DNA of 64,000 nucleotides, taken from IMG/VR virus record IMGVR_UViG_3300032007_000057, positions 1-64,000 of that record, one strand, 5' to 3'. The position numbers and the translations under genes are program-made. Shown piece after piece: positions 1 through 9,274 of the stretch. Positions within the stretch are counted from its first letter, which is position 1; every line of letters begins with the position of its first letter. The notes beneath the pieces are model-generated. The model searched no databases, was not told the DNA's origin, and was given only the letters and a program-made list of their open reading frames with translations. This stretch comes from a virus (taxonomy: Duplodnaviria > Heunggongvirae > Uroviricota > Caudoviricetes).

Positions 1-514
1 TTTTTTTAATAAACTCTCCATTCTCATCTTTCTTACGACTAATATCATACGGACAAGTTTTATCTAAACAAGCTGAACAGGATTTCATATGTTTAAGACC
101 ACTAATAAGATATTGTCTAATATTATGACTAAAATCTAGTAATCCTTCAAAGCTTTTATCATCATATTCAAATCTAGCAGCTTTTCTATATCTTTCATCA
201 ACTTTCTTGAGATCTTTATTTAAACTTTCGAGTTCAGCTTCAATTTTTTGTTTATACTCTTTATGTGATTTTTTAGCTTGCCAGAGTCTCCAAGTTAAAA
301 TCTTAATCTTCTTTTCTTCAGGAGTATCTTCTGGAGTAGGTATAAGATTCTCTTTCTCATACCAGTTAAACTTATTATCTTTAAGTCTGTCCAATTCTTC
401 TCTAAGCATCTTATTCTCATTAATTAAAGATAAACCCCATCCTAATACTGTTTTAATTACATTAATGGGCTCTTCTTTTTTTAACTCCTCAAGATTCAAT
501 TCTTTAACTGGCAT
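1..514 (-). CDS. Hypothetical coiled-coil protein, 3' portion runs off the window start (>=171 aa). C-terminal CSACLDKTCPY Cys cluster.
   Basis: Uninterrupted minus-strand frame from ATG at 514 to the window edge, checked codon by codon. Co-oriented with neighbouring genes. The plus-strand ORF 207..575 is its antisense shadow. Confidence 0.5.
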   Translation of the reverse strand, partial: MPVKELNLEELKKEEPINVIKTVLGWGLSLINENKMLREELDRLKDNKFNWYEKENLIPTPEDTPEEKKIKILTWRLWQAKKSHKEYKQKIEAELESLNKDLKKVDERYRKAARFEYDDKSFEGLLDFSHNIRQYLISGLKHMKSCSACLDKTCPYDISRKKDENGEFIKK

Positions 515-995
515 CTCGTGCTTCCTCCCTGAAATTAATCTTAATAATAAACCCATACTTACTCAATTCATCTAACTTAAAAATAGCTAAAAGCCTATAT
601 GCGGGATAATCGATCAAATGCTCTGTTGCATATAAATCTAATGAAGAATCTTCATTATGATATCCTAAAAATATGATAAGTAAATTATCAACATCACAGG
701 CCGCAATCATATTATCTAAATACTTTTCCGTAGTATTACTATTGGTATCAAGTTTAGTTAAATCACTATATCTATAAAATGGAGCATCATCCGTTTCATA
801 AAGATCATAAATATCGCCACTTAAATACTTATCCCAATGATACTCATTAGCATTTAAGCTTTTATAAATATTAGGATTAAACTCTAAAGTAGTTTTACCA
901 ATTTCTTTTAAGAATCTAATTAGATCATCTTTATTCATTTCCAAACCTCTTAACACACTGATTTGGATAAATTCTCCAACAGTAGAAAGTTTCAT
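504..995 (-). CDS. Hypothetical protein (163 aa)
   Basis: Intact ORF, co-oriented in a tightly packed minus-strand block. Confidence 0.5.
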   Translation of the reverse strand: MKLSTVGEFIQISVLRGLEMNKDDLIRFLKEIGKTTLEFNPNIYKSLNANEYHWDKYLSGDIYDLYETDDAPFYRYSDLTKLDTNSNTTEKYLDNMIAACDVDNLLIIFLGYHNEDSSLDLYATEHLIDYPAYRLLAIFKLDELSKYGFIIKINFREEARDAS

Positions 996-1152
996 CTCTT
1001 ACTGTAATCATCTTAGGCCCAATACTATAAACTACTGCCTTAACTAAAGTAGGCCTATATACCCCAAGCCTTTCATCATAAACTTTTTGAATAGCCATAA
1101 CCTTATCACCAATAGTAAGTTCAAATCCAGAAGAATCCTTAGTATAGATCAT
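931..1152 (-). CDS. Hypothetical small protein (73 aa)
   Basis: ORF in minus block. Overlaps the neighbour by 65 nt, so the start is uncertain. Confidence 0.35.
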   Translation of the reverse strand: MIYTKDSSGFELTIGDKVMAIQKVYDERLGVYRPTLVKAVVYSIGPKMITVRDETFYCWRIYPNQCVKRFGNE

Positions 1153-1262
1153 AGTATTATTACTCCTTCCAAAAAAACTTGATTAGACAATACAAAGTCG
1201 CTACGAGCAGAATATAAAATATTATAAAGATATAATCAACATCTCCATAAGGAGTCATGATA

Positions 1263-1790
1263 TCAAATGTTTGTCTCCCCACTGTCAATGGTTTCATCTT
1301 CCTTTACCTCCTCAGTATCTTCTACATTCTCTTTGGTAGCCTCTTCATCAGTAGTAACTGTAAACACAGGTTTTTCAGTCCAAGCCATAACATACTTATC
1401 ATTAATAATATCTTCAAGCATCTTAACAAACTCATTCAGCATATTTGAAAGCTTGTCTTTAACTGCTTTACTATAATTGTCCTCATTATCAACACTAATA
1501 TTACAAGCAAAATTAACTCGCCTAAACAGCTGGAAAATACCTGAAGTAATCAAAAATGAATTTACCCATTTCTTACTACAAATATAATCAATATCTTCTT
1601 CTTTATATGAAGTAACCATAAAATTAATATTAACTACTGGTACTTTTTCTTTATCCTTAAAAGTTTCTTCATCCGGAATAATAGAAACGGACATAATGTC
1701 TGTCATCTCATCAGGATTTTCATTATTTCTACCAGTAATGCCAATCTTTACAGAAAAAATATCAATCTTCATTCTTATTTTCCTCCTCAA
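1263..1790 (-). CDS. Hypothetical protein with acidic C-terminus (175 aa)
   Basis: ORF. The plus-frame ORFs 1257..1448 and 1267..1476 are shadows. Confidence 0.5.
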   Translation of the reverse strand: MRRKIRMKIDIFSVKIGITGRNNENPDEMTDIMSVSIIPDEETFKDKEKVPVVNINFMVTSYKEEDIDYICSKKWVNSFLITSGIFQLFRRVNFACNISVDNEDNYSKAVKDKLSNMLNEFVKMLEDIINDKYVMAWTEKPVFTVTTDEEATKENVEDTEEVKEDETIDSGETNI

Positions 1791-2169
1791 TAACTTTGCC
1801 CAAAGGGTCTTTAGTGTATTCAGAATGTACTGTAAGTACTTTTATATCTGGAAATAGATTTACATTAGAGCCAAAAGCTTGGAGTAATAGATCCGGAGTT
1901 GTTTTATCTTTTAGCTCATAAGTGATTGTAATGGTTCTAAATCTACTTAAATGATTAACAGGAACTTCTTCTCTATTTTTATTATTCTTATGCCAGGAAA
2001 ATATATACTTCTCTATATAGGGATAATCTAAATACGTTCTTCTAAGTTTCTTATAAGCCTTTTCATCAAATTCTTTAAGCCATTTTCTATATTCTGGAGT
2101 ATCTCGATATGCTCTCCATTCATCAGCATCAAAATCTGTTAGTTTTTTCCACTCGTGGTCAGTATCCAA
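1762..2169 (-). CDS. Hypothetical protein (135 aa)
   Basis: ORF in minus block. Confidence 0.5.
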   Translation of the reverse strand: MDTDHEWKKLTDFDADEWRAYRDTPEYRKWLKEFDEKAYKKLRRTYLDYPYIEKYIFSWHKNNKNREEVPVNHLSRFRTITITYELKDKTTPDLLLQAFGSNVNLFPDIKVLTVHSEYTKDPLGKVIEEENKNED

Positions 2170-2170
2170 A

Positions 2171-2944
2171 TTACTTAACCTCGTCTACTGGAATATTACC
2201 TACAATAGGAATACTACCATTAACATTAAGAATCTTTGGCATATGACCATCCCACTTATCAACTGCTTTTTCCATAAGAACAAGTGGGCTAAGTGTTTTA
2301 GTCTTAATAGCCTGAGCTTCACTTTCAAGAATATTCTTCTGCTTAATATACTGCGCAGTAAGAGCTTCTTGTTCAGCTACCTTCTTATTTTCAATAGCTT
2401 TGTTGTACTCATCACTAAAATCATGATTAGTAATATAGAACTTCTTAACCACAATACCTGTTCCAGAAGTCTTTTCAATAATAGCAGTCAAAATCTTATG
2501 TGAAATCTCTTCTCTAGACTCAACAAATTTTTCAATAGGATAAGATGCACAAACACTATTAATAATCTCATACACTGTTGGTCTGATAACAATCTCTTCA
2601 ACTTTATTCTTATATGACTTATAGATATCTCCAAGTTTATCCGGATCAAATGCAAATACTAGTGTAGATTCAATTACAATAGTCTGCATATCCTTAGAGC
2701 TAATCTCAATCTTAGAATTAAAGTTCCTATCTCTAATACTTACTTTAGTCACTGAATCAATAAATGGGACTTTAAAGTTCAGTCCTTCGGTAATACTATA
2801 CTGATACCTGCCAAATCTGAAGATCATTCCCATTTCTCCGCTATCAATAATAGTAAATCCACCCATTACAAGAAACAGAATAAACAGCCCAACCAAACCA
2901 CCAATAGCAAATGAAGATTTAAGTACAAAATTATTTTTAAACAT
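2171..2944 (-). CDS. SPFH/band-7 (prohibitin/HflC-like) membrane protein
   Basis: N-terminal TM helix, then an SPFH-like core (GxxxxxFGRYQ...GLNFKVPFID..V..V..R) and a coiled-coil AEQEA tail. Confidence 0.65.
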   Translation of the reverse strand: MFKNNFVLKSSFAIGGLVGLFILFLVMGGFTIIDSGEMGMIFRFGRYQYSITEGLNFKVPFIDSVTKVSIRDRNFNSKIEISSKDMQTIVIESTLVFAFDPDKLGDIYKSYKNKVEEIVIRPTVYEIINSVCASYPIEKFVESREEISHKILTAIIEKTSGTGIVVKKFYITNHDFSDEYNKAIENKKVAEQEALTAQYIKQKNILESEAQAIKTKTLSPLVLMEKAVDKWDGHMPKILNVNGSIPIVGNIPVDEVK

Positions 2945-2985
2945 TGTAACTCTCCTCCTATATAGTATTTAAACTAAACATCGTT

Positions 2986-3303
2986 TTATGTAATAGATGG
3001 TCCAGGCGGATAATCATTAGGACCTTCTGAGAATGGATAAGAATATCTTACAGGGAAACCAGGCTTATCTGGTCCTTCTGGAAACTGAGGATAATTAGAC
3101 TTATTCCCAGAGTTCTTAACTGTGTTTTCTATAAATTGTAATCTAGAATCAATCCTATCAAGAACTTCACACAAATGATTTAACATTTCTGATAAGTTAA
3201 AATTGTCATAATTACAAATTTTTCGTTCAGGAATCGGAGTTCTAAAAACCCCATCATGAATAAATACTCCATTACCTAAATCTTTAATAATTCCGTCATC
3301 CAT
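2986..3303 (-). CDS. Hypothetical protein, Pro/Gly-rich C-terminus (105 aa)
   Basis: ORF. Confidence 0.45.
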   Translation of the reverse strand: MDDGIIKDLGNGVFIHDGVFRTPIPERKICNYDNFNLSEMLNHLCEVLDRIDSRLQFIENTVKNSGNKSNYPQFPEGPDKPGFPVRYSYPFSEGPNDYPPGPSIT

Positions 3304-3441
3304 TACTTAACTCACCTCCATCAATCTTCATACCATCTAGGCTTGTCAGTATTCTTCTGCAATTTATCAACAAGCTCTTCCAAAAGCCGTCTAATAGCAG
3401 TTAGTTCTCTTAAAATATCCATAGTCTGAGCATCAAACATT

Positions 3442-3993
3442 TTAAATAAACATCTCCTTCTTAATTCGATCTAAACTAATAGGATAATAATGTGTATTCT
3501 CAACGCTTACATTATAATACCTATTACCATCCGCCCAACTTCCACCATTACCATATCTTAGATTATGTGTATGACCGTGTATATTAAGATAAGGACATTC
3601 TGAAGGCATATAGGTAATTGGTTCATGACTTAGCCACAATCCATTATACATAATTGGATATCTTGAAAACTCTACACCAACATACCTGCCATTACCTAAT
3701 AGATAATTCCTATCATGATTCCCCTTAACCACAATCATCTCTATCCATAACTCTTCATCAATTAATCTATCGAGTATCTTATATAAATACTCTTCATTAC
3801 CAAAATCACCCAATATAAAAAATTTAATAGGATTAGCTTGTGTAGGATAATAATCAGTTTTACATGTTTTAAATTTTTCAACAATATTATCTATAAGTTT
3901 CTGATTCATTTCATCTACATCTTTAAAAGGCCTATGGTAATACTTAATTATATTCTCATCATCAAAATGAAGGTCTGCAATAAAGAATTCCAT
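3442..3993 (-). CDS. Calcineurin-like metallophosphoesterase
   Basis: Motifs D-x-H (ADLHFDD), GDFGN, GNHDRN and GHTHN in canonical order. Confidence 0.65.
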   Translation of the reverse strand: MEFFIADLHFDDENIIKYYHRPFKDVDEMNQKLIDNIVEKFKTCKTDYYPTQANPIKFFILGDFGNEEYLYKILDRLIDEELWIEMIVVKGNHDRNYLLGNGRYVGVEFSRYPIMYNGLWLSHEPITYMPSECPYLNIHGHTHNLRYGNGGSWADGNRYYNVSVENTHYYPISLDRIKKEMFI

Positions 3994-4155
3994 CTTAATT
4001 AAACCCTACTTTCTGTTTCTTATTCGATTCAAGTTTTTGCTTCGTGATCGAACCAAAACTAACTATATCTGCTATAATACTAAACACTATATACTGTAAT
4101 ATCCAATATAACCCAGTGATAACTATAAAGAAAACCAAATAATAAATAATATCAA

Positions 4156-4692
4156 TCATTGCTTATCAATTACACTAATTGTGCATCCAGTATAAACTGT
4201 TTTATATGTTGGCAACACTTCTGGAAAGCTGCTTCCCTTTTTGAATATTTGGATAAATGTATTTGGGGCTGTCCCACTAAAAATAACTATCATCGAAGGA
4301 AATGGGGCTGAGTTTTTGCTATTACCAAACTTAAGCCTACCCTTAATAAAAATGATATCTCCCTTTACACAGTACTTATGAAACCATTTAGTGTCAGTTC
4401 TAGCTGGGAGAAGAAGTACTCCTACATTATCATCATGCTTATATGCTTCATTATAAGCTTTTTCTACCCATTTACCAATATCCCTTCCATAAGGAGGGTT
4501 CATCCAAAAAACCCCATCCCAATCTTGTTTAAGTCCATCCATTTCTTTTGTAAAATACTTTTCACATTTATGATTAGTTTCATCGGCACATACATCCAAA
4601 GTAAAATGATAAATACTGTTAAAATAATCAAACAAATCCTGTGGAGTTGCCCATTCATCTGTTTTACTGCTAAACATAACATCTGTATTCAT
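4156..4692 (-). CDS. dam: DNA N6-adenine methyltransferase (phage Dam family, PF05869-like)
   Basis: W.TPQDLF...LDVCA...KYFT...NPPYG (NPPY catalytic motif) in the typical small phage Dam layout. Strong SD AGGGAGG before the ATG. Confidence 0.8.
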   Translation of the reverse strand: MNTDVMFSSKTDEWATPQDLFDYFNSIYHFTLDVCADETNHKCEKYFTKEMDGLKQDWDGVFWMNPPYGRDIGKWVEKAYNEAYKHDDNVGVLLLPARTDTKWFHKYCVKGDIIFIKGRLKFGNSKNSAPFPSMIVIFSGTAPNTFIQIFKKGSSFPEVLPTYKTVYTGCTISVIDKQ

Positions 4693-4723
4693 TAATGAAT
4701 ACCTCCCTAATCTTTATAAGAAG

Positions 4724-4752
4724 ATATTACCAGAAAGTAAAATAGTTGTCAA
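4724..4752 (-). promoter_or_regulatory. Sigma70-like promoter (TTGACA-17-TAATAT) for dam
   Basis: Read on the minus strand: cTTGACA, 17-nt spacer, TAATAT, then SD AGGGAGG and ATG at 4692. Confidence 0.6.
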
Positions 4753-4830
4753 GTAGAAATGTGATGAACTTTGCATATATATTTTATTACTGTGTCATTC
4801 TTATTATAAATCTTAAAGGAGCGTGTTATT

Positions 4831-5184
4831 ATGACAATTGTTAATCTCACCCCTCACGAAATCAACATCAAAACTAGTAACGGCATGATTAGTATTCCAC
4901 CATCTAATCTGCCTCCTGTAAGATTGGTGGAAAAAACTGAAACAAGAAAAACTATCGAAACATCTGAAGGAGAAATTACTGTTAGTGCCAAATACTTTGG
5001 GGAAGTAAAGAATCTTCCTTCTTCAGAAGAAGGCAAAGTGTTTGTTGTATCAGCAATCGCAGGAACTGCAATATGGGAGCTTCTTCCAGAAAGAAGAAAA
5101 GATGTATTCATTACTGGAGAAGCAATCAGAGATAGCGCTGGGAAGCACATTGGATGTAACGGCCTTTGCTGCTATCCTAAATAA
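4831..5184 (+). CDS. Hypothetical protein (117 aa), plus-strand insert in the minus block
   Basis: SD AAAGGAG 8 nt before the ATG. Followed directly by a perfect terminator hairpin. Confidence 0.55.
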   Translation: MTIVNLTPHEINIKTSNGMISIPPSNLPPVRLVEKTETRKTIETSEGEITVSAKYFGEVKNLPSSEEGKVFVVSAIAGTAIWELLPERRKDVFITGEAIRDSAGKHIGCNGLCCYPK

Positions 5185-5218
5185 AACTAGGGGACTATTG
5201 ATAGTCCCCTAGTTTTAT
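5185..5218. terminator. Rho-independent terminator (bidirectional)
   Basis: aactaGGGGACTAttgaTAGTCCCCtagtt perfect stem, flanked by an A-tract and a T-tract. Confidence 0.7.
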
Positions 5219-5224
5219 TAACAT

Positions 5225-5530
5225 ATTTTTATATGTATATTATATTAGCGCTGTTTCAGTTTTAGGGGCAGCGTATTACGGTAAACTCAAGCCGTAAAGT
5301 TGAGTAAGGTGAAAGTCTCTCTTACCTAAAGCAGAGAGTCTAGGTCCAACGTAACACGTAACTCAGGGACCGAAAGCACTAGCTGCAAGTGTGCCTACCA
5401 GCATGGGCAAAGCAGCGTTGGAAAGATATTCACAGCACCCTAAGGGCGACTTTCCAAACTATTTAATCTTAGGGGTCCAGACTGAAAGGAGGAAAGGGTG
5501 TAGTCTGGATTATTCACCAAGGAGGTGAAA
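5225..5530 (+). ncRNA. GC-rich structured non-coding segment (candidate ncRNA or cis-regulatory leader) upstream of a GC-rich small ORF
   Basis: About 300 nt without ORF. GC far above the local average. Several short stem-loops visible (ctcaa..ttgag, ggtcc..ggacc, tccagact..agtctgga). Ends in a strong SD GGAGGTG. Confidence 0.3.
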
Positions 5531-5532
5531 GA

Positions 5533-5754
5533 ATGAACGAAGTGAAGTTTATCGTCATCGCGGTCATCGACCGTGAAGACGAAAGCTTCTACTGGGACGT
5601 TCGCACATCCAACCCCGCCGAAGCGGAGCTGGAGGTGCGCGTCGTTCTCGCTCAGAAGCCCAGCAGAAAATTGCAGGGCCGATGGATCGAGGACGAAACC
5701 GGTCGCGTCCTTCTGTGGTTCAATCCCAAGAGCCACAGATGGGAGCGCTGGTAG
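5533..5754 (+). CDS. Hypothetical small protein (73 aa) encoded by an anomalously GC-rich ORF (about 57% GC)
   Basis: Strong SD (AAGGAGGTGAAAGA) before the ATG. Composition unlike the rest of the phage. Weak hairpin plus T-tract follows. Confidence 0.5.
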   Translation: MNEVKFIVIAVIDREDESFYWDVRTSNPAEAELEVRVVLAQKPSRKLQGRWIEDETGRVLLWFNPKSHRWERW

Positions 5755-5816
5755 CGTCTCCGTAGAGGCGAAAAGAGACCCTGACTGGAAGGGGTTTCTT
5801 TTTGCTTACTCTTGAA

Positions 5817-6260
5817 TTAGTTTTGAACAGTAATCTGTATTGATGGCAAATACTCATTACTCCATTCATCAGTAATCAAAACATTTCCACCATTATTTAG
5901 TTTTGCATACATATTCAATATAAATACAGACTTATCTTGGATAAATGTACAAGGTAAATTATCCCGATTATTCAATTGAGCTTTAATAAGATTTGCAATT
6001 TGACTTTTAATATCTTCATAAACATTGATGTGGCTTTCTTCAGAATAAACGTTTAAATGAGTATCGTCCAGCACATTTATCATAAGTCTGCAATACATAG
6101 TATTTAAATCGATACTAAACTCAGTACAGATTTTTTCTGCAATCCACGGAACCACATCATATAAATTATTTGATTCAACAACATATTCATCACTTTTCCA
6201 GCGGCTAATTTCAATACTTTTATACCCACAATACCTAGTAACTGTTGCAGTAATTTTCAT
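5817..6260 (-). CDS. Hypothetical protein (147 aa)
   Basis: ORF in minus block. Confidence 0.5.
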   Translation of the reverse strand: MKITATVTRYCGYKSIEISRWKSDEYVVESNNLYDVVPWIAEKICTEFSIDLNTMYCRLMINVLDDTHLNVYSEESHINVYEDIKSQIANLIKAQLNNRDNLPCTFIQDKSVFILNMYAKLNNGGNVLITDEWSNEYLPSIQITVQN

Positions 6261-6279
6261 AATCTACTCCTCCTATTGT

Positions 6280-7971
6280 TTAAATATCAGTATCTTCAAG
6301 TCTTTCTTCAAACTTACTAACATTTTCATACTTATCCACAGAGATATCTACATTATTAATAACTTTAGGGTTAACTACTTCGTTAGGATAGTTCAGCATT
6401 CTGTAAGTAGGATAGTCAATATATACTGGGAATTTAACATTATCCTGGCCCATTCTGTTTTTATCAATAATACAATAGACAGGTTCAATAGTATCTAAAG
6501 TGTTCTTAAACTGATCATGTTCATCATAGAAGTCTTTATCAATTTTTTCTTCAGAGAATTCTTCTTGAACACTCAGATCAGTTTCTTCTTTAGACTTAAA
6601 GTTAAAGATAGCGAAAAAGTCAACATTTTCTCTTTTTCTAATTGACCCAGCAATATTTCCACCATTCATATTAAATTCAGAACTATTACCTTTACCCTTA
6701 TTCTTATAAGTATCTCTGTTAAGCTGAGTAACCGTTACAATAGGAATATTAAGGCTAATAGATAGGGATTTAAGTTCATCTACAATATAGCCTAAATCCC
6801 TCCATTCTTGATCTGATTTAGAAGCATTTACAGCAGACATTTTATCTGCATAATCTACAAACAGAATATCTACTTTAGTACCAGTACTTCTTTCAATATC
6901 GGTAATAATGGTTTGGATATCATAGATATCAATACTTTTAGCAGGTCTATAAGTAATATTAATTCTAGTATTATCTGGATTAAAGACTTCTTTAATCTGA
7001 TAATCATACTCTTCTTTAGTAAGAACTTTATTATTAAAGTTGTTCTCAATTTCAACAATAGATTGACCTAAAGCACAACATACAAATCTATCACCAGTCT
7101 CTTTAGTACTATTTTCAAGAGATACATAAAGTACTGTATGCTTATTAGAATCCTCTTTATATTTTTCATCAAGAAACAACTTAGCTCTATAAGCAAAATT
7201 AACTAGTACTAGAGATTTTCCTCCACCTGAAATTCCACCAAACATATAAATTCTTTGATTCTGGAATCCACCCTGAAGGATCTTATCAAACATCTTATAA
7301 CCAGTACTAATCTTAGTTACTTCATTGTTATTAGTAATAAGGTCTGTAATAGTTACTGTAGACAAATCTAATGAATTAGCGGCATCATAAGTGTAAGACT
7401 GAACATCAAGTAAAGCATTTCCTAAAATAGTATGGAGTTTAGTAACAAGTTCATTCCAAGAATTACATTCAAGATATCCATTATTAATAAATTTCTTCAA
7501 TAGCTCAATTTGCCCCAAAGCATTGAACATACATTTCTTATTAGAAAAACTTGTTTGAATTTCATTAACTACATCAAGAATAAGTTCTTCTTGTTTAGCA
7601 ATAGATAACGCTTTATTTTTATCTTCAATAGATAGTTCAACATCATTATCAATAAAAGCCTTATACTTCTCTAAAGCAATATCTCCATCAATTACTTTAT
7701 TATTTAGTGTAAATGATTTAGAGATGTAGGTAAGCATCTTCTGTTGAAGTTTATCCAAAGAAATAAATTCAACATATTGCTGAGATTGCTTATTTTTTAC
7801 CTTATCAATAAAGGTCTTAAATTCTTTACACAGATATGATGCAGATTTAATTACTAGAGGATCATTCTTTTTACCAAAAACTAATCTGGAATATACCGAA
7901 AGAAACTCTTCACCCATAAATTCCTTATCTTTATCCAAAATCTCCCTAAGTTGTACTAACATACTATCCAT
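6280..7971 (-). CDS. DnaB-like replicative DNA helicase (RecA-fold ATPase)
   Basis: Walker A GGISGGGKSLVL, Walker B ILFVDYADKM, and VTQLNRD resembling the DnaB H4 motif. Sits in the replication module. Confidence 0.6.
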   Translation of the reverse strand: MDSMLVQLREILDKDKEFMGEEFLSVYSRLVFGKKNDPLVIKSASYLCKEFKTFIDKVKNKQSQQYVEFISLDKLQQKMLTYISKSFTLNNKVIDGDIALEKYKAFIDNDVELSIEDKNKALSIAKQEELILDVVNEIQTSFSNKKCMFNALGQIELLKKFINNGYLECNSWNELVTKLHTILGNALLDVQSYTYDAANSLDLSTVTITDLITNNNEVTKISTGYKMFDKILQGGFQNQRIYMFGGISGGGKSLVLVNFAYRAKLFLDEKYKEDSNKHTVLYVSLENSTKETGDRFVCCALGQSIVEIENNFNNKVLTKEEYDYQIKEVFNPDNTRINITYRPAKSIDIYDIQTIITDIERSTGTKVDILFVDYADKMSAVNASKSDQEWRDLGYIVDELKSLSISLNIPIVTVTQLNRDTYKNKGKGNSSEFNMNGGNIAGSIRKRENVDFFAIFNFKSKEETDLSVQEEFSEEKIDKDFYDEHDQFKNTLDTIEPVYCIIDKNRMGQDNVKFPVYIDYPTYRMLNYPNEVVNPKVINNVDISVDKYENVSKFEERLEDTDI

Positions 7972-8056
7972 TTAAACTAACCCTCCTTATATAAAAAAGA
8001 AGTGGTACACCTCTCTATATGAGAAGTATACCACTTCGAATGTTTTATGTCAAGCC

Positions 8057-8494
8057 TTAAAGGTCAACATCCTTAATCACATCACCAACAGGTGCTTCCA
8101 GCTTATCCTCAGAAGTATATGATGTGCTAGGATTATCACGCTTAGGGGAATCCAGGAATTTGAAATCATCTGCCATAACCACTGTAATAGTGTTCTTCTT
8201 TTCAGGGTTATTTTCATCTTCCCACATTCGAGTTTCAATATGGCCAATAATCATAACATTTCTACCCTTTTTAAGGTATTTAGCCATTCTTTCAGCATTC
8301 TTGCCCCAGCACTGAACAAGAGGTGCATCAGTAGCTTCCTTACGTTCAAGCTCTCCACTTTCACCCTTAGTGTAATAGCTTCTATTCACAAAGAGCCTAA
8401 AAGAGGTGAAATAACGACCTGATTCATAAACCTTATAAAAAGGATCTGCACCAAGATTTCCACAAAGAATAACCTGATTAAACTGAGCTGCCAT
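8057..8494 (-). CDS. ssb: Single-stranded DNA-binding protein (OB-fold SSB)
   Basis: N.V.L.GNLG.DP......G......F.L.VNR...... W..... WGK.AE....YL.KG..V...G......WED pattern typical of bacterial and phage SSB. Confidence 0.8.
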   Translation of the reverse strand: MAAQFNQVILCGNLGADPFYKVYESGRYFTSFRLFVNRSYYTKGESGELERKEATDAPLVQCWGKNAERMAKYLKKGRNVMIIGHIETRMWEDENNPEKKNTITVVMADDFKFLDSPKRDNPSTSYTSEDKLEAPVGDVIKDVDL

Positions 8495-8517
8495 TATACA
8501 TCAATTCCTTTCAATTA

Positions 8518-9201
8518 TTAATTATTGTCTTCAGAAGGAGCTTCTTCAGTTCCATTGTCTTCATCAATTTCAATATCAGCAGCTTCAAGATCATTCCAAT
8601 CCTGAGCATCAAGATACTGAGAAATATCACTGTCGGGGTCAGTTGGATCATAACCCATATTCACCGCATAAACAATTTCATTATTGATAGTCATCTTCTC
8701 TGTAGCTACTGAGAAACCTTCATTAAGTCTGCTAAGAATTCCAGTTCTAAAATCATTCATCATCATACTAATGTCTGAGAAGATTTCTCCAATAAATCTA
8801 GCCCTAACTCTATAATACTTAGCAAGAAGTTTTGCTTTAGCTACTTCTTTACCAAACTCTTCATTCCAAGTATCATTAGTTTCTGGATTACACTTTGCTA
8901 CTGCAAAAAACTTATCTGGAAACTCTTCAAGGAGTTTCTTATCGATAAGGTCAGCAACAAAATTACAATCACCATTCCTATGAACTGCTGTGCAATTATA
9001 AACAAAATTAACAAAATCACGATTGCAATTTGTCATAAATGCACACACTACACCTTTGTCCTTATTAATACGATACTCAATCATAGTTTCTGCTCCTTCT
9101 TTGTCTGTTATTTTTGCCCTTATTAGGGTCTGCTCGTTTTGACGTATTCTTGTGATAACCCTTATCCTTTTTCTTTTTGGTGTAATCCCAAGAATCCTCA
9201 T
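8518..9201 (-). CDS. Hypothetical protein with acidic C-terminal tail (227 aa)
   Basis: ORF. Confidence 0.5.
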   Translation of the reverse strand: MRILGITPKRKRIRVITRIRQNEQTLIRAKITDKEGAETMIEYRINKDKGVVCAFMTNCNRDFVNFVYNCTAVHRNGDCNFVADLIDKKLLEEFPDKFFAVAKCNPETNDTWNEEFGKEVAKAKLLAKYYRVRARFIGEIFSDISMMMNDFRTGILSRLNEGFSVATEKMTINNEIVYAVNMGYDPTDPDSDISQYLDAQDWNDLEAADIEIDEDNGTEEAPSEDNN

Positions 9202-9274
9202 CCAGCTTAAACTTCTTAAGTTCTTTTCCCATACCTAATTGAATCTACTTCGCTCCTTTTTATAAGATTATTTA

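Noticed and set aside
207-575. Plus-strand ORF 207..575 and many other opposite-strand ORFs (for example 4378..4695, 6870..7058, 8124..8315, 11225..12112, 14077..14388, 16614..16975, 18188..19630, 20755..22134, 24218..24781, 29381..30574, 38932..39150, 40413..40652, 44205..44466, 63212..63706)
   Set aside because: They sit antisense to longer, motif-bearing or well-oriented genes in strongly strand-biased blocks. They have low-complexity or hydrophobic composition typical of AT-rich antisense frames.
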